From contig CAWJQC010000003.1 of NCBI GenBank assembly GCA_963844965.1, forward strand, positions 1 to 34,664: a stretch of 34,664 nucleotides of DNA, read 5' to 3'. Below are positions 17,243-25,313 of this stretch, in pieces. A program made the translations under genes and the position numbers. Position 1 is the stretch's first letter; every line of letters begins with the position of its first letter. The notes under the pieces were generated by a model. That model made no database searches. It was not told the DNA's origin and saw only the letters and a list, made by a program, of their open reading frames with translations. This DNA comes from an uncultured bacterium (GTDB taxonomy: Bacteria; Patescibacteriota; Minisyncoccia; UBA6257; 2-01-FULL-56-20).

Positions 17243-18146
17243 ATGAAGAGGAAGTTTTTATACATTCTTTTGCTTGGGGGTACGCTTGCCGTCACTTTGC
17301 CGAGCTTTGCTTCGGCGGCTTTCGGCGTTTCACCGCCGTTCGTCAATGCCACGCACCTAATGCCGGGCGTAACGTATTCCCAGGTTGTTTACCTCGTTCA
17401 AGACAAGCCGGATGAGGATTTGGGCATTCACGTCGCGCTAGATATTGCGGACCGTGTCCGTTCGTGGATTTCCATAGATAAGGGTTTTGACTTTGTCATT
17501 CCAAAAGGGACGCGGCAATTTCCCATTAATGTGATAGTGACCGTTCCCAAGAACGCCGAGCGCGTGTCGTATGGGGGCAATCTGATAGTAACAAGCGAGC
17601 CGTCCGCAAAGGGGCAGGTAACCATCGCCTTGGGCGCGAATATTTCCATAAATCTGACTGTCGGCAACGATATTTACGAAAAGTACAGCGTGCCGCTCAT
17701 AAACTTTTTGGATATTGAGGAAGGATGGAATCCGAAAATAGACATCAGGTTCGTGAACGACGGCAACGTGCCTGAAAGCCTGGGCGGCGCGACTTTTGAA
17801 GTCTACGACCGTTTTGACTCCGTGCGTCTCGCTTTTATCCAGAAGACAAGCGGTTTTCCGGAGGTAGAACCTTTTACCACGGACGAATATACCATTGAGT
17901 TTCCTCTGGATTTGCATCTTGGACAAGGGCAGTATTGGGGGAGTGCCGTGCTTTATGACAAAGGCAACGCGATTTTAGCCACCCAAAGGACTGTTTTCAA
18001 CGTCCTCCCGCCCGGCGCTATCGGGGGGGACAAACGCGAAGATCATGACCTACCTGAAGGCCAACTGGATGTTTTACGCTATCGGCGCAGCCGTGCTTAT
18101 CATCTCGGGTTTCGTTCTCTGGAGGAAGAAAAAGCGCGTCGTGTAA
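17243..18146 (+). CDS. Secreted protein with a C-terminal membrane anchor. It has a frameshift in a G7 homopolymer at 18023-18029.
   Basis: Signal peptide 'MKRKFLYILLLGGTLAVTLPSFASA'. After the G7 run the other frame gives a textbook C-terminal anchor 'WMFYAIGAAVLIISGFVLWRKKKRVV*', ending at 18146. Confidence 0.6.
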
Positions 18147-18167
18147 TTTGTTAGTTTTTTGTTTTTT

Positions 18168-18237
18168 ATTAACGAGTTAACGAGTTAACGGGTTTTTTGT
18201 TATTTTTATAACTCGTTAACCCTTTAACTCGTTAACT
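18168..18237. repeat. GTTAAC-based palindromic repeats (TTAACGAGTTAACGAGTTAACGGG ... AACTCGTTAACCCTTTAACTCGTTAAC).
   Basis: Inverted copies that could form a terminator-like hairpin. The family recurs at 20720-20888, 21541-21612, 23915-23975 and 27419-27500. Confidence 0.7.
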
Positions 18238-18355
18238 GACTAATAAAATAATTTTTTAAGTAAAGTTAACTCCCTAACTCGTATTTTTAATTAGCGTATA
18301 AAGGAGCACGGATTGGTGGTAAAATTAGGAAAAATATCTCAAAGAACGTAACGGA

Positions 18356-19330
18356 ATGAAATTGCGAAATAAAACTTTTTTGCCGTCGCTCGTCGCATTT
18401 GCGCCAGCTTTTTCTATTTTCTATTTTCTATTTTCTATTTTCTACCCGGTATACGCGGACAATAGCGTCAACGTCAGCACGACATTTGTTTTGGCTCCGA
18501 CAACGATCGTTCTCACCCAAAACTCGTACAGATGGTATGACAATATAGATGCCCTGACCCCCAGTAATCCGCTTACCGCTGGGGAAAGTTCTCCGACCTC
18601 AACGCCGGCAGGCGGGACAGTCCTGCGTTTGCGGATGAACATAGTGGACAGCGGCCTTGGCATTGGCGCCGGAGCAACCTTCAAGCTTCAATACGCGAAT
18701 TCCACATCTGGAAGCTGGACCGATATCAGCACGTCCACCGCTTGGGTTCTTTACGATAATCCCTCGGTTGCCGATGGGCAGGTAATAGTCACGACAGTTT
18801 TGGCTAGTTCTAACATGGGGGAAAGTTACTGTGAGTCAAATCCGACTGCGGCAATGCCAAGCCCGATACTCCAGGGGCAAAGCGGGGAGTGGGATTGGGT
18901 GGTCGCCAATAATTACGCCGACACGGCGAGCAACTGGTTTTTCCGGATGGTCTATTCTTCAAGCACGGAGCTTGATAACTATTCTGGCTATCCGGAATTA
19001 ACCGCGGTGGTGCCTCCATCCCCGCCGACGCCGCCCGCTCCGTCCGGCGGAGGGGGCGGGGGAGTAGTGGGCGTGGGGGCTGGTCAAACATTGTTGCCAA
19101 GCCAGCCCGCGACCACGACGCCGTACCTGCCGATTCCGCCGCCCTTCGTCCCGCCCGCAATGCAGTGCATTGACTATAACGGCGACAACCGCGTTGACAT
19201 GATTGACCTATCCATTCTGCTCTATCATTACGGCGAAACCGGCCCGGATATCGGCTGTTTTGATTTGAATCACGACGGCATTGTGGATTTCCCGGATATT
19301 TCCATTCTGATGTATTATTGGACTTCGTAA
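18356..19330 (+). CDS. Secreted protein with a jelly-roll-like central domain, a Pro/Gly-rich linker and a C-terminal dockerin-like domain of 2 EF-hand-like repeats.
   Basis: Signal peptide. Dockerin pattern 'CIDYNGDNRVDMIDLSILLYHYG...CFDLNHDGIVDFPDISILMYYW'. The central domain (RLRMNIV...FKLQYANSTSGSW...NWFFRMV) is homologous to the protein encoded at 3-480 of this window. Confidence 0.55.
   Translation: MKLRNKTFLPSLVAFAPAFSIFYFLFSIFYPVYADNSVNVSTTFVLAPTTIVLTQNSYRWYDNIDALTPSNPLTAGESSPTSTPAGGTVLRLRMNIVDSGLGIGAGATFKLQYANSTSGSWTDISTSTAWVLYDNPSVADGQVIVTTVLASSNMGESYCESNPTAAMPSPILQGQSGEWDWVVANNYADTASNWFFRMVYSSSTELDNYSGYPELTAVVPPSPPTPPAPSGGGGGGVVGVGAGQTLLPSQPATTTPYLPIPPPFVPPAMQCIDYNGDNRVDMIDLSILLYHYGETGPDIGCFDLNHDGIVDFPDISILMYYWTS
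18410..18444 (+). repeat. Heptanucleotide repeat TTTTCTA x5 inside the signal-peptide coding region.
   Basis: Seen directly. It encodes FSIFYFLFSIFY. A 7-bp unit is not a multiple of 3. Confidence 0.85.
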
Positions 19331-19332
19331 TA

Positions 19333-19393
19333 ATCCGCTAATCAACGCTAACAAACATAATCCGCTAATAGACGCTAATCATAAGACGCTAAT
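19333..19393. repeat. About 5 units of CGCTAAT(C/A)A immediately upstream of the GxxExxY gene.
   Basis: Seen directly. Confidence 0.65.
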
Positions 19394-19807
19394 ATGAAAA
19401 AAATTATAGAAGATCTAATTTATAAAGATTTGTCTTTCAAAATACATGGCGCGGCTATTGAAGTGCGTAGGGATTTTGGAGCAGGGCATAAAGAGAAGTT
19501 ATACCAACAGGCTCTTGCCGCAGAATTAGACAGGCGCGGTATAAAATTTGAAAGAGAGAAAGCCATCAAAATTTATTCGCCAAAAGATGGCAAGTTTGTC
19601 GGCCTCTATCGGCCAGATTTTGTCGTGGAAAACAAGATAATTGTTGAAACAAAAGTAGAAACATTTGTGAGACAGGATGAAATAAAAAGAATATATGATT
19701 ATTTGAGGAATAGTGAGTACGAGCTTGCTTATCTGGTCAATTTTGCTTCGCCGCAACTATACGTAAGAAGGATAGTTTATACAAATAAATATAAATCAAA
19801 AATCGGT
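19394..19807 (+). CDS. GxxExxY protein (PD-(D/E)XK nuclease superfamily). It has no stop codon of its own and runs in frame into the next gene.
   Basis: 'DLIYKDLSFKIHGAAIEVRRDFGAGHKEKLYQQAL...YRPDFVVENKIIVETKV...YLVNF' contains G-HK-E-KL-Y, the family signature. It is related to the ORF at 24870-25313. Confidence 0.6.
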
Positions 19808-20695
19808 ATGAAAATTGCAATACTATTCTTGGCGTCTATTGGCTTATTATTAGCGGATATTAGCGGCGTACGGGCCGCTTCGCAGTCGCTTTATTTCTCG
19901 GCGCCTTCGGGAACCATCGCCGTCGGAAGCGAATTTCCGGTCAAAATACTGATCGATTCCGACCAGCCGCTTAACGCCTATGTCGTGACTTTTTCCTACG
20001 ATCCGGGCGTGCTCACGATTGTGGGTTTTGACAACGGCAAGTCAATCATAGATGTTTGGCAGGGGCAGCCGGCCGTTTCCGAAAACGGTTCCGTCGGCTT
20101 GCGCGGCGGCAGCGTCACCCCGTTCAGCGGGAAAGGCGGTAACATCATTACCGTCAATTTCCGGGCGGTGGGAGAAGGAGAGCCGATGCTCGCGTTCGGC
20201 AACTCATCGTTTTATATGGCGAACGGCAAAGGCACGAAAGTTGTTCCGCAAACCGCCGATCTGAAGTTTCAAATTCTTTCGGCCGGCGCCGTCACTTCAA
20301 CACTTCCGGTTTACGAGGAGGCATCGGATATCGCGCCGCCGACCATAAAATATCTGTCTCTCGTCCAGGATCCGTTCAACAGCGGGCAAAAACTTCTGAG
20401 CTTTATGGTTTCGGATCCCGACTCCGGTATCAGGGAGACTCTGGTGCGTACGCGTTCACTCCTCCTCTGGAGCGACTGGATTCCGGCGCAAAACCCGACC
20501 GCGATTCCATTATCCGCCTGGTCCATCGGCTTCAGAGCCATTGATAACAGAGGAAATATTTCGGAAAGAACGCTTTACAACTTTTCGGCGTTTTTGCGTC
20601 CCGAAGCGTTGGGCGTCGCGGCGCTCTTCATTATATTTTTAGTTATCATCGGCTTTATTATAGTAAAGATTAAAAAAGGTCGTTCCGTATCATAG
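19808..20695 (+). CDS. Secreted protein with a cohesin-like N-terminal domain and a C-terminal TM anchor.
   Basis: ATG at 19808 is followed by the signal peptide 'MKIAILFLASIGLLLADISGVRA'. The motif 'AYVVTFSYDPGVLTIVGF' resembles the cohesin 'F.YDP.VL' core. The C-terminus 'LGVAALFIIFLVIIGFIIVKIKK' is a membrane anchor. Confidence 0.45.
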   Translation: MKIAILFLASIGLLLADISGVRAASQSLYFSAPSGTIAVGSEFPVKILIDSDQPLNAYVVTFSYDPGVLTIVGFDNGKSIIDVWQGQPAVSENGSVGLRGGSVTPFSGKGGNIITVNFRAVGEGEPMLAFGNSSFYMANGKGTKVVPQTADLKFQILSAGAVTSTLPVYEEASDIAPPTIKYLSLVQDPFNSGQKLLSFMVSDPDSGIRETLVRTRSLLLWSDWIPAQNPTAIPLSAWSIGFRAIDNRGNISERTLYNFSAFLRPEALGVAALFIIFLVIIGFIIVKIKKGRSVS

Positions 20696-20719
20696 TTATT
20701 GGTTATTATCGGTTGCTCG

Positions 20720-20888
20720 GTTAACGAGTTAACTTCTTTTCTTAACCGGTTGGTCGGTTATTGCGGTTAACGAGTTCGCGAGTTAACGAGTTAAAATCCA
20801 AACCCGTTAACTCGTTAACACGTTAACTCGCCAACTACATAACTGTTTGTTCGATAAATTAAACTCGTTAACACGTTAACTCGTTAAT
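20720..20888. repeat. Cluster of GTTAACGAGTTAAC-type palindromic repeats, about 10 units in both orientations.
   Basis: Seen directly. Fills the whole intergenic region upstream of sodA. Confidence 0.75.
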
Positions 20889-20914
20889 AAGTAATTATCA
20901 AGTTAATAAAAATC

Positions 20915-21538
20915 ATGAAATTCGAATTACCAAAGTTGCCGTACGCATATGACGCGCTTGAGCCATTTATAGATGCGCGAACAATGGAGCTGCACCATGC
21001 CAAACATCATCAGACCTATGTTACCAAGCTAAACGAAGCCATGGCGAAGCATCCCGAACTGGAAACGCCGAGTTTGGAAAAATTGCTTCAGTCGCTGGAT
21101 AGCGTTCCCGCAGATATTCGCACTGCCGTGCGGAATCACGGTGGCGGCCACTATAACCACTCGTTTTTCTGGAGGGTGATGGCGCCGCATTCCGAAAAAA
21201 GCGATAAGCCGCAAAACGGCGGACTTGCCGAAAAAATCGAAAAAACATTCGGCAGCTTCGCAAAATTCAAAGAAACTTTCAGTTCGGCAGCCGCCGGCGT
21301 TTTCGGCAGCGGCTGGGCGTGGCTCGTTTCCGATCCATCGGGTAAATTATCTATCACGACAACGCTGAATCAAGATAGCCCGATCGTGAGCGGCCTCAAG
21401 CCATTGCTTTGTCTTGACGTCTGGGAACACGCCTATTACCTGAAATATCAAAACCGCAGGTCCGAGTACATTGAAGCGTGGTGGAGTGTCGTGAACTGGG
21501 AACAGGTTAATAAGAACCTTAACGAATTAATCGATTAA
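20915..21538 (+). CDS. sodA: Fe/Mn superoxide dismutase.
   Basis: '[29 protein letters not shown]', 'GSGWAWL' and '[15 protein letters not shown]...VVNW' are hallmark SOD motifs. Confidence 0.9.
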   Translation: MKFELPKLPYAYDALEPFIDARTMELHHAKHHQTYVTKLNEAMAKHPELETPSLEKLLQSLDSVPADIRTAVRNHGGGHYNHSFFWRVMAPHSEKSDKPQNGGLAEKIEKTFGSFAKFKETFSSAAAGVFGSGWAWLVSDPSGKLSITTTLNQDSPIVSGLKPLLCLDVWEHAYYLKYQNRRSEYIEAWWSVVNWEQVNKNLNELID

Positions 21539-21540
21539 AG

Positions 21541-21612
21541 AGTTAACGAGTTCACGAGTTAACGGGTTAAAATATCAAACAACTCGTTAACACGTTAATA
21601 AACAACCCGTTA
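21541..21612. repeat. GTTAACGAG palindromic repeats downstream of sodA.
   Basis: agttaacgagttcacgagttaacgggtt ... aactcgttaacacgttaat ... cccgttaattcattaacg. Confidence 0.7.
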
Positions 21613-21683
21613 ATTCATTAACGTGGCCACTTGTTTGGATTGGACAGATTATGGCTTGTTCACAGCAAGAGCGGCGCCCTTAG

Positions 21684-21692
21684 TGCTATAAT
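21684..21692 (+). promoter_or_regulatory. TGCTATAAT extended -10. It lies 8 nt before the ATG at 21700, so the transcript may be leaderless.
   Basis: Perfect TGnTATAAT. There is no room for a Shine-Dalgarno sequence. Confidence 0.4.
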
Positions 21693-21699
21693 ATAAGGG

Positions 21700-23898
21700 A
21701 TGTCTAAGCCGCGTAAGATCGGTCGTTTGGCGGTGTTTGCCGTAGGTTGCGCGACCTTGTTTTTGTTCGCAACGGCGTCGCGAGCCGAGGCGGCCGCTTC
21801 GCTTTACCTAGCGCCTCCGTCGGGAACCTTTATAGTAGGCAACACGTTCACCGTTTCCGTATACGTGAACACCGGCGGCCAGTCGATCAACGCCGTCAGG
21901 GCGGATTTGAGTTTCCCTCCGGATAAATTACAGATAGTGTCGCCTACGACCGGCAAATCGTTCATACAGATCTGGGTTAGCCAGCCGACATATTCCAACG
22001 AAGATGGGACGATGACATTTCAGGGAACGATTCCCACGCCGGGCATCATGACCGACGCCGGCCTGATTTCCACGGTGACTTTCCGTGTGAAAGCGCCGGG
22101 AACGGCTGCGGTGAGAATTTTGGATACTTCACAGGTGCTCCTAAACGACGGCAGGGGGACGAACATTTTAGGGCAAACTACCGACGGTATATACTATCTG
22201 ACCTTGCCGCCGCCGGAGGGACCGATCGTGACTTCGCGCACCAACCCCGACCAGGAAAAATGGTATGCCGTGAAAACCGTAACTTTTGAGTGGACATCCC
22301 CGACAGACATCCAGGGTTACAGTTACACTTTGGACCAGGACCCCGCCGGCGAACCGGATGATGTTTCGGAGGGTACGAACACAGAAGTTGCATATAACAA
22401 CCTTGCGGACGGTGTTTATTATTTCCATATAAAATCCTTGAGACAGGGAGCCTGGGGCGGGATAACGGATTATGTGGTGCACATTGATAATACGCCGCCG
22501 GCCGTGTTCACCATAAACATTTCTCCTTCCGATTACACTTCCAACCAGCGGCCGATCATTGATTTCGGGACAACCGACCAGACATCCGGCATGGACCATT
22601 ACGAACTGAAGATCGTGGCGCTTAACGTTCCGGCGGCGCTTACCACGCAGGATTCAACGCCATTTTTCATAGAAGTTTCTCCTCCGTATTCCATGCAGCT
22701 GGCGGAGGGAAGTTATAACATTATTGCCAGGGCATATGACGAGGCCGGGAATTATTACCAGGCAGAACAAAAACTTTCCGTCGTAAAGCCGGTCTTTGAG
22801 ATCATTGCCGCCGACGGTTTGCGGATAGGCGGGGTCTACACAATGCCCTGGCCATATGTCGGCATCATCGGAGCGATCCTCTTGGCGATTCTCCTGTACT
22901 TCGGGCGTTTGGCTTGGATTTGGCATCGTGAGGTAGAGCGTATGCTGGAGAAAGGAGCGCTTGCCCATCCCGCTATTGCTCCGAAGCTGGAAGAGCTCAG
23001 AACCAAACAGAAGGAGTATGGTTCGCCCCGCTCCGGCCCCGGCGAAGCTGGCCCGCCGCGTCCTCCCAGAGTTGCCTCGCTGGATGATAAAACCGATCCG
23101 CCCCACAACGGGAGAAGCAATGGCGGCGAAGTTTTGCCGGTACTCTTTTTGTTCTTCGCTTTGGCGTTCGGCATCTTCGCCGCGCATTCCGTATTTGCAA
23201 CCGGCGTCACGAGCAGCGGGCTCATGGCGCCGGAGAACGTGCCGCTTGAACCGCCGGTCATTACCATGTTCCCGAGATCCATATCCAACGATGAAATTTT
23301 ATACATCGGCGGACGAGCAGGCGCGCCGGACGCCACGGTTCTGATATACATACAGGAAAAAGCGACCGGCGAGTCATTTACGGAAACAGCCATGAGCGAC
23401 GAGAACGGTTCCTGGTTCTACTCTCTGCCGCAATTTTTGAACGCCGGCGACTACATGGTTTGGACCCAGCTTAAAGTGGCTGACGAGTTGAGCGCGCCGA
23501 GTTCAAGAATGGATTTGACAGTGGCGCCAACTGCTATACAGATCGGCGGAAACCGTCTGAGCTACGAAAATCTTTATCTGATTTTGTTCATTGTATTCCT
23601 TCTTGCGCTCCTCATCCTCATAATTTTCTTTTCCTATCATACTTATCACTTCCGCGCCAAAAACCGCCGCTTGGCCTTTGTGGTAAGGGAAGCCGAGGAA
23701 TCCATACGGCGCGGGTTCTCTATCTTGCATCACGATATAGAATCGGAACTGGGTCTGATACACAAGGCGAAACTCAGCAAGGAACTGTCGGTGGAGGAGA
23801 AACTGCGGGAGGAGAAATTACTCAAGGATTTGGATACGATCTCCTCCTACATCGGCAAAGAAGTTTGGAAGGTTGAGGAGGCCGAAAAGGAATTGTAA
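21700..23898 (+). CDS. Large surface/membrane protein with a signal peptide, a cohesin-like N-terminal domain, Ig-like modules, 3 TM helices and a C-terminal coiled coil.
   Basis: The start 'AASLYLAPPSGTFIVGNTFTVSVYVN...' is similar to the start of the 19808 protein. TM segments are at 'IIGAILLAILLYF', 'VLPVLFLFFALAFGIFAA' and 'LYLILFIVFLLALLILIIFF'. Confidence 0.5.
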   Translation: MSKPRKIGRLAVFAVGCATLFLFATASRAEAAASLYLAPPSGTFIVGNTFTVSVYVNTGGQSINAVRADLSFPPDKLQIVSPTTGKSFIQIWVSQPTYSNEDGTMTFQGTIPTPGIMTDAGLISTVTFRVKAPGTAAVRILDTSQVLLNDGRGTNILGQTTDGIYYLTLPPPEGPIVTSRTNPDQEKWYAVKTVTFEWTSPTDIQGYSYTLDQDPAGEPDDVSEGTNTEVAYNNLADGVYYFHIKSLRQGAWGGITDYVVHIDNTPPAVFTINISPSDYTSNQRPIIDFGTTDQTSGMDHYELKIVALNVPAALTTQDSTPFFIEVSPPYSMQLAEGSYNIIARAYDEAGNYYQAEQKLSVVKPVFEIIAADGLRIGGVYTMPWPYVGIIGAILLAILLYFGRLAWIWHREVERMLEKGALAHPAIAPKLEELRTKQKEYGSPRSGPGEAGPPRPPRVASLDDKTDPPHNGRSNGGEVLPVLFLFFALAFGIFAAHSVFATGVTSSGLMAPENVPLEPPVITMFPRSISNDEILYIGGRAGAPDATVLIYIQEKATGESFTETAMSDENGSWFYSLPQFLNAGDYMVWTQLKVADELSAPSSRMDLTVAPTAIQIGGNRLSYENLYLILFIVFLLALLILIIFFSYHTYHFRAKNRRLAFVVREAEESIRRGFSILHHDIESELGLIHKAKLSKELSVEEKLREEKLLKDLDTISSYIGKEVWKVEEAEKEL

Positions 23899-23914
23899 CC
23901 GAACTAATTAAAGG

Positions 23915-23975
23915 ATTAACGGATTAACGCATTAACGGATAATAATTCGTTAATTCGCAATTCGTTAATAAGAAA
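23915..23975. repeat. ATTAACGGATTAACGCATTAACGG / TTCGTTAATTCGCAATTCGTTAAT inverted repeats.
   Basis: Seen directly between convergent genes. Confidence 0.65.
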
Positions 23976-23994
23976 TTAGTCAATCCGTGCTGGC

Positions 23995-24855
23995 TTAAAG
24001 TGATTTTGGGCGTCCGCCTTCCTCTTGTATTATTTTGAGCGCAAGTTTACCGTTTTGGATTTCAGCTTCCAGAAGCTTGATTCGTTTCCCGTTTTTCATT
24101 GTCCAAACGCCGGGCTCAGGGTTCAGCGCCCGGATCCTCCTTTCAATTGCCGCAACTTTTTCCGAACTCGCGCCATTCACGGCCTCGTTGAGGTCGCTTT
24201 CGGCGACGAAGGCGTCGGCTGTCGCAAATTTTTTCGTGTATGTCGCTTCCGCCTCATTCTGTGGTCGTGGCTTGATCTCTCCCGCCAGGAATTTTGGCAG
24301 TGTTTCAACCAGCAGGTTGCCACCCAATTCTGCCAGTTTTTCAAGGAGAGTTGGAAATTGGAAATTGGAAATTGGAAATTCCAATTCTCGCTGCGCGAGA
24401 ATTGGCCCATGGTCAACTTTTTCGTCCAAAATATACAACGTGACGCCGGTTTCTTTATCGCCCTCCAGTATGGCGGTTTGGATAGGGGATGAACCGCGGT
24501 GTTTGGGAAGGAGCGACGGATGGACGCCCACCACGCTGCGCGGAAAAGCGGCGATTATTTCCGCGGGGATTATCTTGGCGTAGGCGGCGACAACCGCGAA
24601 GTCCGGTTTGGAAATTGGTAATTGGTAATTGGAAATTGACAAAACTTCCGGCTGCAATATCGGAATGTTATATTTTTGCGCCAAAAGTTTCGTGGGTGGC
24701 GGCGTTATGATTTCCTTCCTCCCGACTGGTCGGTCGGGATTGCAAACCACGGCCGCAGGCGGCATTCCGGCGTCAGTCAGCTTTTGCAAAATTATAGCGG
24801 CAAATTCGGGTGTGCCGAAGAATACGAAATTGGGCTTACGAAAATACGAAATCAT
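23995..24855 (-). CDS. fmt: Methionyl-tRNA formyltransferase.
   Basis: 'FFGTPEFA', 'VVCNPDRPVGRK', 'HPSLLPKHRGSSPIQTAILEGDKETGVTLY' and 'KLAELGGNLL'. The N-terminal 9 aa and two internal 7-aa stretches are encoded by tandem 7-mer arrays. Confidence 0.85.
   Translation of the reverse strand: MISYFRKPNFVFFGTPEFAAIILQKLTDAGMPPAAVVCNPDRPVGRKEIITPPPTKLLAQKYNIPILQPEVLSISNYQLPISKPDFAVVAAYAKIIPAEIIAAFPRSVVGVHPSLLPKHRGSSPIQTAILEGDKETGVTLYILDEKVDHGPILAQRELEFPISNFQFPTLLEKLAELGGNLLVETLPKFLAGEIKPRPQNEAEATYTKKFATADAFVAESDLNEAVNGASSEKVAAIERRIRALNPEPGVWTMKNGKRIKLLEAEIQNGKLALKIIQEEGGRPKSL
24353..24380. repeat. GGAAATT x4 inside fmt.
   Basis: Seen directly. Translated as 'PISNFQFP' on the - strand. Confidence 0.85.
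24610..24637. repeat. GGAAATT-GGTAATT-GGTAATT-GGAAATT inside fmt.
   Basis: Seen directly. Translated as 'SISNYQLPIS'. Confidence 0.85.
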
Positions 24856-24871
24856 ACGAAAGTACGAAACT
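24821..24871. repeat. TACGAAA(A/T/G) x5 array spanning the fmt start and the GxxExxY stop.
   Basis: Seen directly. Confidence 0.8.
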
Positions 24872-25313
24872 AGCGAATGTTGATAATTCTTTTGTATTTC
24901 ACGCCCGACCTCGTGAATCTTGCCAAAATTCCCAATTTTAAACCAGTAGCCTTTAGATAGTTATACAGTTGATCGATGTCACGCTTGTTAAATGTATTGC
25001 CCTGCTTTATTTCCAAAACAATCTTTCCGTCAATCAAAAAATCTAAATAATTTGTGGCGATAAATTTATCGCGATAGCATATTTTTACAGGCAATTCTCG
25101 CTTAAAATTCAGACCCACGCCCTTAAAAGCAACTTCGATTGCTCTTTGATATTGGTTTTCTCTGTAGCCGTAGCCGAGTTGCAAGAAAATATCAAAAAGA
25201 ACCCCAACGATTTGGTAACTTAATTCAGGATATATTAAGTCTGGCTTGTAGACCCTACCCCTTTTCGTATTTTCGTACATTTTCGTATTTTCGTATGTTG
25301 CTTGCTTTGTCAA
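24870..25313 (-). CDS. GxxExxY protein (PD-(D/E)XK superfamily) inserted between def and fmt.
   Basis: 'LSYQIVGVLFDIFLQLGYGYRENQYQRAIEVAF...KIVLEIKQG' contains G-YR-E-NQ-Y. The ORF opens with TTG at 25313, and the first ATG (about 25280) lies inside the TTTCGTA repeat array. Confidence 0.6.
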   Translation of the reverse strand: MTKQATYENTKMYENTKRGRVYKPDLIYPELSYQIVGVLFDIFLQLGYGYRENQYQRAIEVAFKGVGLNFKRELPVKICYRDKFIATNYLDFLIDGKIVLEIKQGNTFNKRDIDQLYNYLKATGLKLGILARFTRSGVKYKRIINIR

